From: Vicugna vicugna
Taxonomy: Eukaryota
Direction of reading: 5' to 3'
Assembly (NCBI GenBank): GCA_013265495.1
Contig: MU058042.1
Location: 1-42,430 of the forward strand
Length of the DNA stretch: 42,430 bases
The position numbers and the translations under genes were made by a program. This document shows, piece after piece, positions 11,190 to 23,803 of the stretch; position 1 is the stretch's first letter; each line of letters starts with the position of its first letter. The notes beneath the pieces are model-generated. The model saw nothing but the letters and a program-made list of their open reading frames with translations, searched no databases and was not told where the DNA came from.

Positions 11190-13330
11190 GGCTGAAAGCA
11201 TTTTCTCTAAGATCAGAAATAAGACACAGATGCCCTTTTTATTCAACATTGGAAGTCCTAGCCACAGCAATCAGACAAAATAAAATGGAATACAAATTGG
11301 AAAGGAAGAAGTAAAACTGTTACTGTTTGCAGATTGCATGATATCATACATAGAAAATCCTAAAGATGCCACCAGAAAACTAGTAGAGCTCATCAATGAA
11401 TTTGGTAAAGTTACAGGATACAAAAATTAATATACAGAAATCTGTTGCCTTTCTATCCACTAACAATGAACTATCAGAAAGAGAAATTAGGGAAACAATC
11501 CAATTTACAATCATATAAAAAAATACAATACCTAGGAATGAACTTACCTAAAGAGGTAAAAGACCTGTACTTGGAAAACTATGATACTGATGAAAGAAAT
11601 CAAAGATGACACAAACAGATGGAAGGATATACTATGTTCATGGATTGGAAGAATTAATATTATTAAGATGACCATACTACCTAAGGCAATCTACAGATTC
11701 AATGCAATCCTTATCAAAATGTCAATGATATTTTTCACATACCTAGAACAAAATTTTTTAATATTTGTATAGAAGCACAAAAGACACCAAGTAGCCAAAG
11801 TAATCTGGAGGAATGGTGCACTCTGATTTAGACTGCAGTACAAAGCTACAGTAATGAAAACAGTATGGTACTAGCACAAAAGCAGGCACATAGATCAATT
11901 GAACAGAATAGAGAGCCCAGAAATAAATGCACTTATGATCAATTAATCTGTGACAAAGGAGGCAAGAATATGCAATGGAGAAAGACAGTCTCTTTAGGAA
12001 GTGGTGCTAGGAAAACTGAACAGCTACATGTAAAAGAATGAAATATTTTCTAATACCATATACAAAAATAAACTCAAAGTGAATTAAAACTTAAATGTAA
12101 GACTGGAAACTATAAAACTCTTAGAAAACATAGGCAGAACACTCTTTGAAGTAAACAGATGGGACCAAATTAAACTTAAAAACTTTTGCACAGCAAAGGA
12201 AATCATTGACAAAACCGAAAGACAACTCACTGAATGGGAGGAAATATTTGCAACTATGTGACCAATAAAGGGTTAATATCCAAATATATAAATAGCTCAT
12301 ACAACCCAACATAAAAAAAAAACCAAACAACTCAGTTACAAAATGGGCAGAAGACCTGAGTAGACATTTTTCCAAAAAAGACTTACAGATGGCCTACAGG
12401 CACACGAAAAGATGCTCAACCTAACTAATCGTCAGGGAAATGCAAGTCAAAACCACAATGAGATATCACTTCAAACCTGTCAGAATGGCTGTTATCAAAA
12501 AGACAAGAAATAACAAGTGTAGAAGAGGATGTGGAGAAAAGGGAGCCCTTGTGCTCTGTTGGTGGGAATGTAAATTGGTGCAGCCACTATGGAAAACAGT
12601 CTGGAGTTTCCTCCAAAAATTAGAAATAGAATTATCATGTGATTCAGCAATTCCTCTCCTGGGTATTTATTAAAAGAAAATGAAAACACTAATTAGAAAA
12701 GATATATGCACCCCTATGTTCATTGCAGCACTATTTACAATAGCCAAGAAGCAGAAACAACTCAAATGCCCATCAATAGATGAATGGATAATGAGATGAG
12801 NNNNNNNNNNNNNNNNNNNNNNNNNNNNNNNNNNNNNNNNNNNNNNNNNNNNNNAAAAAAGAATAAATCTTGCCATTTGTGACAACACATATGGACCTAG
12901 AGGGTATTATGCTGAGTGACTGAAATCAGAGAAAGAAAAATACTGTATGATTTCAATTATATGTGGAATCTCAGAAACAAAACATATGAATAAACATAAA
13001 ACAGAAACAGAGTAATGGGTACAGTGAACAAGTAGGTGGTTTCTAGAGGGGAGAAGAGTGAGAGGAGTGGAATAGGTGAGGGAGATTAATAGGAACAAAT
13101 TTCCAGTTGCAAAATAAATGAGTTATATGTATGAAATACACAGTATTGGGAATATAGTCAATGGCTGTGTAATATGCAATACCTTTGCATAGTGGCAGAT
13201 CATAACTAGATTTATCAAGTTGATCATTATGAAATGTGTACAAATATTGAATCACTGTATTGTGTGACAGGAACTAACATAGTGTTGTAGATCAATGACA
13301 CTTCAGAAACAAGCAAACATAAACAAATAT
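11190..13330 (+). mobile_element. 5'-truncated L1 (ORF2 RT to C-terminus plus most of the 3' UTR), frameshifted
   Basis: ORF fragments [40 protein letters not shown] and [21 protein letters not shown]...[16 protein letters not shown] are L1 ORF2p. Confidence 0.97.
12801..12854. other. Assembly gap (54 N) inside the L1
   Basis: Run of N. Confidence 1.
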
Positions 13331-15930
13331 ATAGATTAAAAATAAGGAATTGAGAAAGATATACCATGCTAACACTCATCAAAAGAGAGCAGGGGTAGCT
13401 ATATTAATTTCAGACAGCAGATTTCAGAATTTTAAAGAATTACCAGGGCTTAAGAGGAGCATTACATAATGATACAAACATCAGTTCTCCGAGATGACAT
13501 AGCAATCCTTAGTATGTATGAGTCCAACAGCAGAGAATAAAAACACATGAAAGAAAAATTGATAGAACAGCAAAGTTTGAGACCTCAACACCTCTCTATC
13601 AGAATTGAACAGATCCAGCAGGCAGAAAATAAGTAGGGACATTGTTTAAAAAAATAGTACCACCAATCAACTGGGCATAATTGCTGTCTATTGACTACTT
13701 CATTGAACAACAGCAGAATACATATTCTTTTTAAGCTCATGTGGAACATTCACCAAGATAGACCACATTCTGGGCCCCAAAACACACCTTAACAAATTTA
13801 AAAGAGTAGAAAATATATAATGTCTGCTCTCAGACCACAATGGAATTAAACTAGAAATCAACCATGAAAAGATAACTGGAAAATCCCCAAACACATTAAG
13901 ATTAAAAAAAAAATTCTAAATGACACATGGATCAAAGACTAAATCTCAAGAGGAATTAAAAACTATTTTGAACTAAATGAAAATGAAAATAGGACTTACC
14001 AAAGTTTGTGGGAAGCAGTAAAAGCAGTGCTTACAGGGAAATTTATAGGAAAGAAGATTCAAATTCAGTGCCCTAAGCTTCCAGCTTAGGTAACTGGAAA
14101 AAGAAGACTAAATTCAATCCAAATAAAACTGACAAGACTCTAGCTAGGCTACATGAGGTAAAAAGAGAGAAGGCACAAAGACCAATTTCAGAGATGAAAG
14201 ATAGGCAGTCACTGCAGATCCCATGGACAATGAAAGGATAATAAAGGAATACTATGAAGAATTCTGTGTCCACAATTTTTAATCTAGATGAAATGGACTA
14301 ATTCCTTGAAAGACACAATCTGCCAAAACTCACAAAAAGAAACAGGACATTTGAACAGGCTTATATCTATGAAATTAATTGAACCAATACTTCATAAGCT
14401 TCCGCAACGGAAAACACAAAGCCCACGTGGATTTGCTGGTGAATTCTACCAAAGACTTAAGGAAGAAATTATACTTCTTTACACAATTTTCTATAATTCC
14501 TTCCAGAAAGTAGAAGCAGAGGCAGTACTTCCCAGCTCATTCTGTGAGGTCAGCATTGCCATAATATCAAAATCTTATAAAGAAATTATAAGAAAATCAA
14601 ACCACAGGCCAATATCTCTCATGAAAAAAGATGCAAAAGTCCTAAAAAAAAATTTGGCAAATCAAATCCAACAACGTACAGAAAGAATTATGTACTATTA
14701 CCCAGTGGGACTTACCCAGGCATGTTTCACAATCTATGAAACAGCTGATAAGCTGGACTTCCTTAACATTAAAAACTTCTGTCTATGAAAGATGCTGTCA
14801 AGAGAATGAAAAGAAAGCCTCAGACCATGAGGAAATATTTGCAAAAGTCATATCATCTCTGATATAGGACTGCTATCCAAAATACGCCAAGAAACTTAAA
14901 AGTCAGCAATAAGAAACCCAAATTAATTAACCCAAGCCCAATTAAGAAATAGGCCAAACACCTCACCAAAGAAGATATACAGATGGCAAATAAGCATATG
15001 AAAAGATGTTCCACATCGTAAGACATTAGAGAAATGCAGACTAAAACTACAATGAGATACCACTGCATGCCTATTAGAGTGGCCAAAATCCAGAACACCG
15101 AAGACACCACATACTGGTTGAGATGTGTAGCAACAGGAGTTGCTCATTCTTTGCTGGTGGGAATGCAAGCTGGTCTAGCCACCTAGAAGACACTTTGGTA
15201 GCTTCTCACAAAACTAAACGTGCTCTTACCATATAATCCCAGCAATACCATTTCTTGGTATTTACCCAAAGGAGCTGAAAACTTAATGTCCACATGAAGA
15301 CCTAAATGTGAATTTTTAAGGCAGCTTTATTCACAGTGGCCAAAACTTGGAAGCAACCAAGATGTCCTTCAGTGGCTACCTGGAGAAATAAACTGTGGTA
15401 CATCACATAATGGAGCATTATTCAGTGCCAGAAAGAAATGGGCTGTCGAGACGTGAAAAGACTTGCAGGAAACTTAAATGCATATTGGTAAGTGAAAGAA
15501 GTTAATCTGAAATGGTTACACACTGTATGATTCCAATTATATGACATTTTGGAAGATATAAAACTATGGGAACAGTAAAAAGATCAGTGGTTGCCATGGG
15601 TTGGGGGGAGAGAGGGATGAACAGGCAGAGCACAGGAGATTCTTAGGGCAATGAAACTAGAATGATGGACACGTGTCGTTATACATTTGTCAAAACTCAT
15701 AGGCTGCACAATGCCAAGAGTGAACCCTGAGGAAAACTATGGACCCTGGGTGATAAGGACGTGCTCATGTAGGTTCATGTAACCAGTGCACCACTGTGGT
15801 GGGGGATGCTGACCGTGGAGGGAATTGTGGGGGGCCGCAGACATATGGGAATCCTTTGCATTTACTGGTTAGTTTTTACTATGAACCTAAAAGTTCTCTA
15901 AAAAGTGAAATTTTTAAGAGGAAAAGAAAA
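13331..15930 (+). mobile_element. Older L1 (L1MC-like): endonuclease/linker, RT start, large internal deletion, C-terminus and 3' UTR
   Basis: TFTKIDHILG and SDHNGIKLEI-type EN motifs; ORF 14288-14788 contains GFAGEFYQ...RPISLM; 3' UTR TTATACATTTGTCAAAAC...AAGAGTGAACCCT is L1MC-type. Confidence 0.93.
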
Positions 15931-16599
15931 TGATCTGGAATTTCCACACAAAATCTCAGCATGTCCACTCATTCTTCAGCAACTGTTAAAAAAAAAAGGC
16001 TCATGCTTCGTGCTGGGACTCCTAAGTGCCAGGTCTTGGTGACGCCCAATTGAATGGTGCCGTCATTGCATGGAAACTGCCAATTTGTTGCATTGATTTG
16101 TATACATTTTAAAGTCCTTGGAGCAGATTGTATCTGGGATTGGGTAGCTCTTCTCTGAAAATTCTAGCCCTGAGGCATCAAAGTATAAAGCTTCTTTTGT
16201 TTGCTACTCCTTCAATTTTCTTACTGCTCTTTATTTATTAAACTTGACACACATAGTAGGAGAAATAAAGAAGAAAAAAAGAAGGAAGGAAGGAAAGAAA
16301 GAAATCAAATTGCATCAGTCACAGAGCAAAGCATTAGTGGGTGGCACCATCTTTGTTTAAGATTTACCTCCCTAAACCCTCTCTGACCAGGATTACAGTA
16401 CCCATCTCCTTGGTGGTGGCAGGGCTGATGAGTGGGTGATTTGGCAATGATACTATTTTAGTATGATTTTGAGGGTGTTTCTGAGCTCAGATTTTCCTTA
16501 TCCATTTTAAAAAATTCATTCGTTCATTGATTCACCGCAGTTTTTAGGCTACTGGATGCCAGATATTCTCTGGATGCCTCCAGTCTTTTCCAGTGTGTG

Positions 16600-16910
16600 A
16601 ATCTGCGCTTGGTCACTTACTACGCTGGGTGATCTTGAGAAAGCTCCTTCACCTCTATGAGTCTCAGATGACTCTTTCTTAGTTCATAGAATAAAGAAGA
16701 AAATATGTGTGAAGTACTAATCAAAATGCCAGGTACATGTTATTATTCAAAACCACTCCCCCGGCATCAGTTTCTCCCTCAGTGAACTCAGCTGCAGGTC
16801 TAGGTGGTAACTGCCACCAGACTGTGAATCAGCTCTATGCCAGGCACTGTGTTCTGAGCTCTATAAACGGAGCCTCTTTTAACCCTCACAGTAACCACTC
16901 GGGCGAGTTT
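16600..16910. mobile_element. Two decayed MIR fragments (plus ~16600-16750, minus ~16810-16910)
   Basis: GTCACTTACTACGCTGGGTGATCTTGAGAAAG...CCTCTATGAGTCTCAG; TATGCCAGGCACTGTGTTCTGAGC...TTTAACCCTCACAGTAACC. Confidence 0.5.
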
Positions 16911-16934
16911 TTTTTTCAAGTATTTTTTTTATGT

Positions 16935-16996
16935 CATTGTATTCTTTATTTCTTTTTCAGATCGTTTGTTGTTAGTGTATAGAAATACAACTGATT
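16935..16996 (-). mobile_element. Tiny L1 ORF2 fragment
   Basis: TTTCTTTTTCAGATCGTTTGTTGTTAGTGTATAGAAATACAACTGATTT is antisense to the segment seen in the L1 at ~11437-11490. Confidence 0.75.
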
Positions 16997-17086
16997 TTTT
17001 TTTTTTTTTAGTGGAGGTACTGGGGATTGAATCCAGGACCTCATGCATGCAAAGCGCTTACTCTACCACTGAGCTACACCCTCCCC
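16995..17086 (-). mobile_element. tRNA-Ala-derived camelid SINE (Vic-1 type)
   Basis: Reverse strand GGGGAGGGTGTAGCTCAGTGGTAGAG...GGATTCAATCCCCAGTACCTCCA plus poly(A). Confidence 0.92.
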
Positions 17087-17869
17087 AATACTGGCAAGTA
17101 TTTTTATTGATGTTTCAGATGGGCTTCAAATCACTGGCTTTTGGGACTCCAAACTGCTTTTTTCACCAACTGCACTGCTTCGTGGGATCTTAGATGATCT
17201 CCAAGGTCCTTGTTGGCTTTAATCAGCTCTGTGATCTGCTAAGAGGAAAGGCTTGAGGCTGCTGGGGTGGGGTGGGGGTGAGGGGCCTGGGGCAAGGAGT
17301 GCAGCTCCTGGTCTGGCTGAAGGGAACTCCAATAGATCCGTGTTGGTGTTCAGCGGTGTAGCCTCCATTCTGGATCTGGTAGGGAGCTACCCTGATTGGG
17401 CTTGTGGTCGCACTGGAATTATTCTTACATTACCATTTTCAAGAGTTTTCTAGCCACAACAGTGAAAGCCAATAGGGTTTCCAATATCTAGAAAATATCA
17501 GAAAATTCCAGCCCCTGGACACTGTAATCATAGTAGAGGTTTTGTTCAAAGGCTGCTTTGTGTGGTAGGGGGTCTAACTTATTCTGCACCCTTGCTGGAG
17601 CCCAATCCTTACCTCTCAGAAGGAAGAGGGGCCAGGGGGGCCTCATATCTGCCTTCCTCAGGGCCTCCTAGCTTCCCTGGGGAGAGAACCTCATCTTCTG
17701 GGTTTGTTTGTGTTAATTGGGGGAGGGGGCTGAAGGAAGAGGATGGGTTGCAGGGGTCTGTGCCTTGGGAACCTCATTTTTGGCGTCATCCCAGGCATCC
17801 TCATCTTCCCACAGTGAGCCAGTAAATCATTAGTAACATACATGCCAGAGCTCATTGCCTGGACTCACA

Positions 17870-18025
17870 ATCCAGCAAGTCACTCAATCTCTCTGTACCT
17901 CAGTTTCCCCATCTGTAAAATGGTAATAGTCATAGGATCTATTTCATAGACTTGAAAGGATTAATGAGTTAATAGAGAGCATTTAGAGGAGCATCCAGTA
18001 AGTGTAAGTGTCATATAAACTTGAT
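17870..18025 (+). mobile_element. MIR SINE
   Basis: GCAAGTCACTCAATCTCTCTGTACCTCAGTTTCCCCATCTGTAAAATGG core. Confidence 0.85.
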
Positions 18026-18630
18026 GTTGCTGAGCCCAAGAAGTAGGAAGAAAGGCCACATCCTTAAAAGGTGTCTAGAATCTTAGAAAGTTGGAGCTGT
18101 AGGTGGCCTGGTCTAAGTTCCGTGTCAGCGTTAGTGACTGCACAGAATGCAAACCCATGTCTTCATCTCAGGTCTGTCTCCATGGAGACCTTATTTTCTG
18201 AACCCCAAGCCCAGATCTCATAGGGAATCATATGCTCTTTGAAACTTCCCTTGTACAGCACTGCATCTGGCAGTCGCTGGCTCTGAGGAAGAAGAGCCCC
18301 TGTGTGAGTCAGGCTGTGACAGCTTCCTGGGTAGATCAGGAGCCTGTGCCAGGGTGGGGCTCCCCAGGTGAGTGGAGAAGCCCGTCCTCCTGCTGCCTGC
18401 CTCTCCCTGGGCAGGGCTCCCTCAATAGACTCTTTGTTCTCAGGACTTTCCCCAGCCCCACCCAGTCTTTAGCGTCCCACAATCTGGGCTCTGAGCTTTA
18501 CTTAAACCACCAAGCTCTTGCATCAAACCACAAGAAGAAAACCACATGTCCTTTGAATTGGGCTGTTTTCTCTTGTTTTGTTTTTTCCTTTCTCTCGTCT
18601 TCCCTCCCTCTTCCTTGCTTCCCCACCCCG

Positions 18631-18632
<2 letters not shown>

Positions 18633-18673
<41 letters not shown>
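18633..18673. repeat. (CA)~20 microsatellite
   Basis: Directly visible. Confidence 0.98.
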
Positions 18674-18674
<1 letters not shown>

Positions 18675-19295
18675 CCTTTTTCTCCCCAGCAATTTTCCCA
18701 TCAGGAAGCTGCTTCGTGATTTCATGAAACAAGGCTGCCCAGGATTTGGTCCTGGAACACGTAAACAGCAGACTACCCACAGCCCTTAGGACACTCAGGA
18801 GACAAGCTAGCCCCTCTCTCGGAACCAGAGGTCTCCCCTCAGCTGCCTTTGGCACTGCCTCAAAGCACGGCAGATCTGGGGTGCAGGCTGCCTTGGGTCT
18901 GCACCTCCTTGGGCAGTGACCCAGCCTTGCACCCAGAGACTTGGCCAGGGCCAGGCTTGTGGATTCCTGGGTCTGGCGAAGACTGTGGAGTTAGTGCTGA
19001 GAGCCCGGCTCCCCTTTGCGCTGCCCACACTCAGCGGACTTCTGGCCGTGGGCACACAGCCTGCCTGTCTAGGACTACGGAGTCCTTTTTCGGGGCCAGT
19101 GGGGAGAGCCAAGGTGGGTGGAGGTGGGGAAGGGTTAGAGTCTCATCATTTTGGCTGGCAACGTGGTCCAAATTCTCACTGTTGGTGGACAGCCCCAGAG
19201 TTCCTCCTGAGGGAAAAAAGGTGAAGTGCCTTCAAAACAGGAGAGTCCCAGGACACAGCCACGAAGTCATGGTGGAGGCTGAGATGGGCTGTACC

Positions 19296-19500
19296 AGGGG
19301 TCATGGATTCAAATGCTTTCTGGGCCCAAGCAGGTAATTAATATGCACAGGGCTAGAATGTAATAAGATACATGGCAGTCTAGACATTTAATCTGAATTC
19401 AAAAATTATATTTTTGAAATATTCTTTTAGCTAAATAAAATACATTTCCTGACCAGATACACCCTCCCTTGCCCCCAGGCTGTGAGTTCCCAACTCTCTT
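19296..19500. mobile_element. Probable hAT-type MITE remnant
   Basis: Starts CAGGGGTC...TCAAATGC...GCAGGTAA with an AT-rich interior, resembling Charlie-type elements; family not assigned. Confidence 0.4.
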
Positions 19501-19604
19501 GTATACAATCCACAGTTCTGCTGTTCTGACATAGAAGAGGTTGTAAAGAGAACCATCAGAATCTCTCACACATAGCACTGGGTTGGGTGTGGGTAGAACT
19601 GGGG

Positions 19605-19800
19605 CTAAAAACACAGGTTTTGGTGTTCAGCTGGGATGGACATTCCTAATTTGCTTCCTTTTAGCTGTATGATCACTGGACAGATTACTCAATCTTGCCA
19701 AGTCTGCTTCCTCCTCTGCAAAACAGGGATGATGAAATAAATGTATCTCATAACACGATGAGCCCCTTCACATAGCAAGCATAGCTCAATGAACAATTAC
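19605..19800 (+). mobile_element. MIR SINE
   Basis: TAGCTGTATGATCACTGGACAGATTACTCAATC...TTCCTCCTCTGCAAAACAGGGATGATG. Confidence 0.65.
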
Positions 19801-22800
19801 TAGGCTATTCTGCCCCCCTCACAACAAACCCACATAAGAGTCAATGCCTTTTGCCAAAGAGCAATAGTTAGGTGAACTGAGGGTTAATGTTTTCCGTGGT
19901 TCTGGTCTGAAGCAAGTGGGGTGTGGTGTGGTGAGAGTCAGAGCCAAGGTCAGCGCTGCACAGGCCATTTCCCTGTGAACATAGAACAAAAAGTCTCTTT
20001 GCAGCTGGGCTGTTAATTTTAAATTCAGTAGAGGAAGGCTGGTTGGGGAAGTTTTGCCCTCAGGTCTTGGAATTTCTCACCAGACCTTCAGTGCTCACCT
20101 CTAGCTGGGGGTGGGGGTGCCTGGCCCACCTCGGTAGGCCCTTGATCTTAGCAGAAGAAGCTGGTCCGCCCAGCACCAAGGGGCCTGGTGGGTAGGGGCA
20201 GCTGCCCAGTTCCCTGGAGATACTTGAGAGAAGGGCTGGGCTAGGCTTCCTGAAATCCACCTTCCACCCCTCCAGGACCTGTGCCCTTGAACTTGCTACT
20301 TGCAGACGCCTTGAGGGTGGAGACTGCCTGATCTCTCCGGATTGCCACGACCCCAGCACAGCATCCTGGAAAAAAAGCCTGCTTAATACACACTGAAAAA
20401 CTATATGAAACTCAGACTTGAAAGCAGGAAACGAGGAGAGATTTTTCACATTTTTAAAAGGAATTTTCATTTTACAAGACATTTTCCCGCTGGAGTTCTT
20501 TAAATGGAAACTTGCTTGGTTATTTAAGATGAGATTTTAATTCAAGGGGCTGAAACGTGAACTGCTGGGCTAAGTTGATCTACACCGTCCTCCTGCGCCT
20601 CCCCTCTCCCCATCATCTCTGTAAGTTCAAATCCCACCGTCCTTAATAGCAGCGAGTGGTGGCTGGGACTGATTTCCAGCAGACCACCTCCTCAGCGCTG
20701 TGTACGCGATCAGTCTGCACCATCACAGCCACTTCATGGCCAGCGACAGTCTTTTTCCCATTTTACTGCTGAGACAACGCATGCTCAGAGAGCTCAGAAC
20801 AACACGCTTGTGGGATGGCCGAGTCAAGACTCACATCCAGCCCGACGGCTGAACCACTGCTCAGTGCCAACTCTCACGGCACACCAGCTCCTCCACGGAG
20901 GGACTCCTGTCCTGAAACAGTCGGGAACATCTCATTTCTCTGGTTCCTAGCGCTTCTCTTAGTCTTCTCGACTCCACATTCTACCCTGGGTGGCGGCCAC
21001 TTAGGTGTTTGCTGCTTCACTGCTTCCAGTGTCCACACAGGACTGGGGAGGCCTGAAGGGGGGATGCCCGCCCCACCCCACTTTGGGTTCCAAGTGGTGC
21101 CAGGCTCCACTACAGCCCCCAAGGGGCCTCACTGAGTATTTGGGTTCAGTTCATCTTCTGTCCCTGAAGAGGGCGCTGATGTTCTCCAAGAAGGAGTCTA
21201 GCAGAGGCGACAGGCTGCTGAGGGCTGGGATGGGGTGGTTCCTGGGGGCTCATGCTGTCCTGGTTTAGCCAGGAGCACTGTCAGGTGCCCTCTAGGGCTG
21301 TTCCATCCCAAGGAAATCTGGGAACAAGCCACGAGGCTCCAGCTGGCCTTGTGATCCTACAATCTTCTGCTCTGCCCACCTGCCTGGGACCCTGAGAGGC
21401 CCCAGCTAGCCCTGTGGCACAGCCCTGAGTTCAGGCCGGCCCCTGTCCTCACTGGTTGCACCAACTCTCTGTACTGTGGACCCAGGCCTGCTTCCGGCAG
21501 CCTTGCTTGCTGACTTGCTGAAACAGGGCAAGCAGATCCCAGCTGGGCCCCTCCCTGATCACTGTAGGTCCATCTGATCATGTGATGCCCTCCTCTGATC
21601 CTTTGTCAGTGGAGCAGAGGTAATAATAATAATAATAATTAACCTGGAGCCCTGGGTGCTTCATCCTGGACCTCACTCCCAGTGTCTCCTGGATCCTGCT
21701 GGCAGCCCCCGGGGAGTGAGAAGAGGTCATCAATGGAACTAAGGTTCAAACTCATTAAGGAAAGACGCAGAGAGGGGCCTTGTGGGCTGGGGAGAGCTTG
21801 CCTGAGCTGAGAGTCAGCTGTGTCTTGCCCTGGGGCCAGCAGGGGTGGAGCTTTGTGGCAAATCGTGGCAGCCACAGGAGTGCTCCTGGAAGGCCCAAAG
21901 TCATAGAAGTGGGATGAAGTTGGCCCTGCCTGAATGCCTGCCCTGAGTCCTGCCCAGGGACCCCACACTTACATGGGGGCACAGGAGGTAAATGGTTCAC
22001 CTGGCCCTGCCCTGGGCCAGCTCACAGCTGCTGGCCAGGCTGGATGAATTTGGCAGCCAGTTCCCAGAAGGGAGCTCTTGCCAGCAGCACCTACATGGTG
22101 TGGTGAACCCAAAGGAACTTTCCTACAATGCAGACTGGAGGATGGGGAGGCAAAAATCTAACCACTGTCTTCTCTCTCTTCCCTCTCCCCTCCTCTGCTC
22201 CCTTCTCTCCTCCCCCCTCCTCCTGCCACAATCTCTCTTCTGATTTTACTAGGGGAAGAGGTCTGGACAGGGGTGGGGTTGGTGGTGGTGGTGGTGGTAA
22301 TATTATGTCGTCCTTTGCACTCACTGCCCTGCATTTTGGAATATTCCAACTCAAACTACCCATGGATGAGATTCTCTGGGAGAAATGAGATTTTACAGTT
22401 CTGGGAACCAGGGTGACCCACTGCTCACCAAAATGGACGAGCCTTGTGAGGCCTCCAGACACCTCCTCCCGTGCTCTGAGTTATGCTTCCCGTCCTTAGG
22501 ACCCTGTCTGCCACCAGACGCCACTCTCCCCATCCATCCTCACTTGGCTCATGTGTCGGCCCTGAGGGGCTGGGTTGGACTGCTTGCCGCTCAGCGCACG
22601 GGGGCAGCTCTCGCGTCTAGGCCTGGTGTACGACAGACAGACTTCAGAACAAATGCTAATAACTTGCATTCGACAAGGTTTGGTGCCCATCTCTGACCTA
22701 GAATCCTTTTATTCTGCAGAAACTTAGCTAGCGCAACAGATTTTTGCCTGGGTCTCCACCTCTGCATACACTTCCCTTAAACCCAGAGACTTGTGGGCTG

Positions 22801-23289
22801 CAGGATACTTAATAATGCGTTGGAGATATTTGATTTCATTCAACACATATTTAGGAGGGTCCTGCCCTGTGCTGGCCTATGAGGATATAAAGATGACCCC
22901 TGGTGTGTCTATGGCTGGTGCTAGACCCAGAGTTGAGGCGCCGGCATGCTTTCTCTATTAGGCTTCTGCGTGGATTCTCCCACTGTTAGCCGGGTCTAAT
23001 TTGAGAGACCGCATCAGTAAAAGGGTGATGGGATCTTAACCACATCACTGTTCCCGGACTTTCTGGATTGCCTCATCCCTGAAGGCCCCGTTCAAGTCCC
23101 AACCCTGCTGTGAAATCTTCCTTTCATTCGTCTAGCCAGCAAACCGTCAGAATGCTAACACTGTGATAAGTATACACAAGATTGCAAAGAGTATAAAGCA
23201 TGGCCCCAGTTGAATTCGAGTAGAGGAGATTCCTCTGTCCAGTAAGTGCTGATTGAGGGCTCATCATGGTTTAGGCACTGCAGTAGGCT

Positions 23290-23600
23290 TGGGGCACGTG
23301 GCAATGAACTAGACCAGCGTGGGTCCTCCCTGCCCAGGGCGCTAAGCCCGCTGAGGGGCAGACGTGGAAGCAGCCCGTCCCGCTGCGCTGTGCTCCGTGG
23401 CACGGTGGAGGGAATTTCAGAGCCCCGGAGCCCACAGACAGGTTTCCCTGGAGGGGGCGGGGGCGGGGGCGGGGCCCACCTAGTCCCTAAACAATCACAG
23501 CAGGAGGCGGTGACCCTCACCACCACACCCGAGGCGAGGCACAGATTAGGATTGGCGCCGCAGGACCTGCAGCGGGGAGGGCGCCTCCAGGCCTGGAGAA
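23290..23600. promoter_or_regulatory. CpG-enriched promoter/enhancer-like patch with triple GC box
   Basis: (GGGGGC)3GGGGC at 23453-23475, CACGTG at 23295-23300, TAAACAA at 23488-23494, ATTGG (reverse CCAAT) at ~23551; motif evidence only. Confidence 0.4.
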
Positions 23601-23638
23601 GCCTTCCCAGGAGGAGTGAGCTTTGAATTGGGCCTTAA

Positions 23639-23803
23639 AGCTTCCAGAATGACTCCTGCCCATGGTCTTTCTCTAGAAGCACCTCCCAAGCTGTTTCACA
23701 AAATTAACTCAATTGTTTATGATATGACTACATAATTTTTCTCCATCTTGATTTGTTCTGTTTTGTGTGTGTCCCCTGCCCATCCCTTATGTCATAACCC
23801 CTT
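23639..23803 (+). repeat. Diverged direct repeat, copy A
   Basis: Colinear with 24926-25107: AGCTTCCAGAA, TTAACTCAATT, TTCTCCA.CTTG.TTTGTTCTGTTT, TGTGTGTCCC.TGCCCA.CCCTTA, CATAA. Confidence 0.85.

Noticed and set aside
14288..14788. 166-aa ORF as a functional gene
   Set aside because: It is a decayed L1 ORF2 fragment spanning a deletion junction
17012..17083. Apparent tRNA-Ala gene (likewise the other three tRNA-like copies)
   Set aside because: Anticodon and acceptor stems have mismatches, the copies end in poly(A) or A-rich tails rather than a T-run terminator, and two have clear TSDs; they are SINEs
18232..18855. Overlapping ORFs with HT/CV repeats
   Set aside because: These are a by-product of the (CA)n repeat; no recognisable domain
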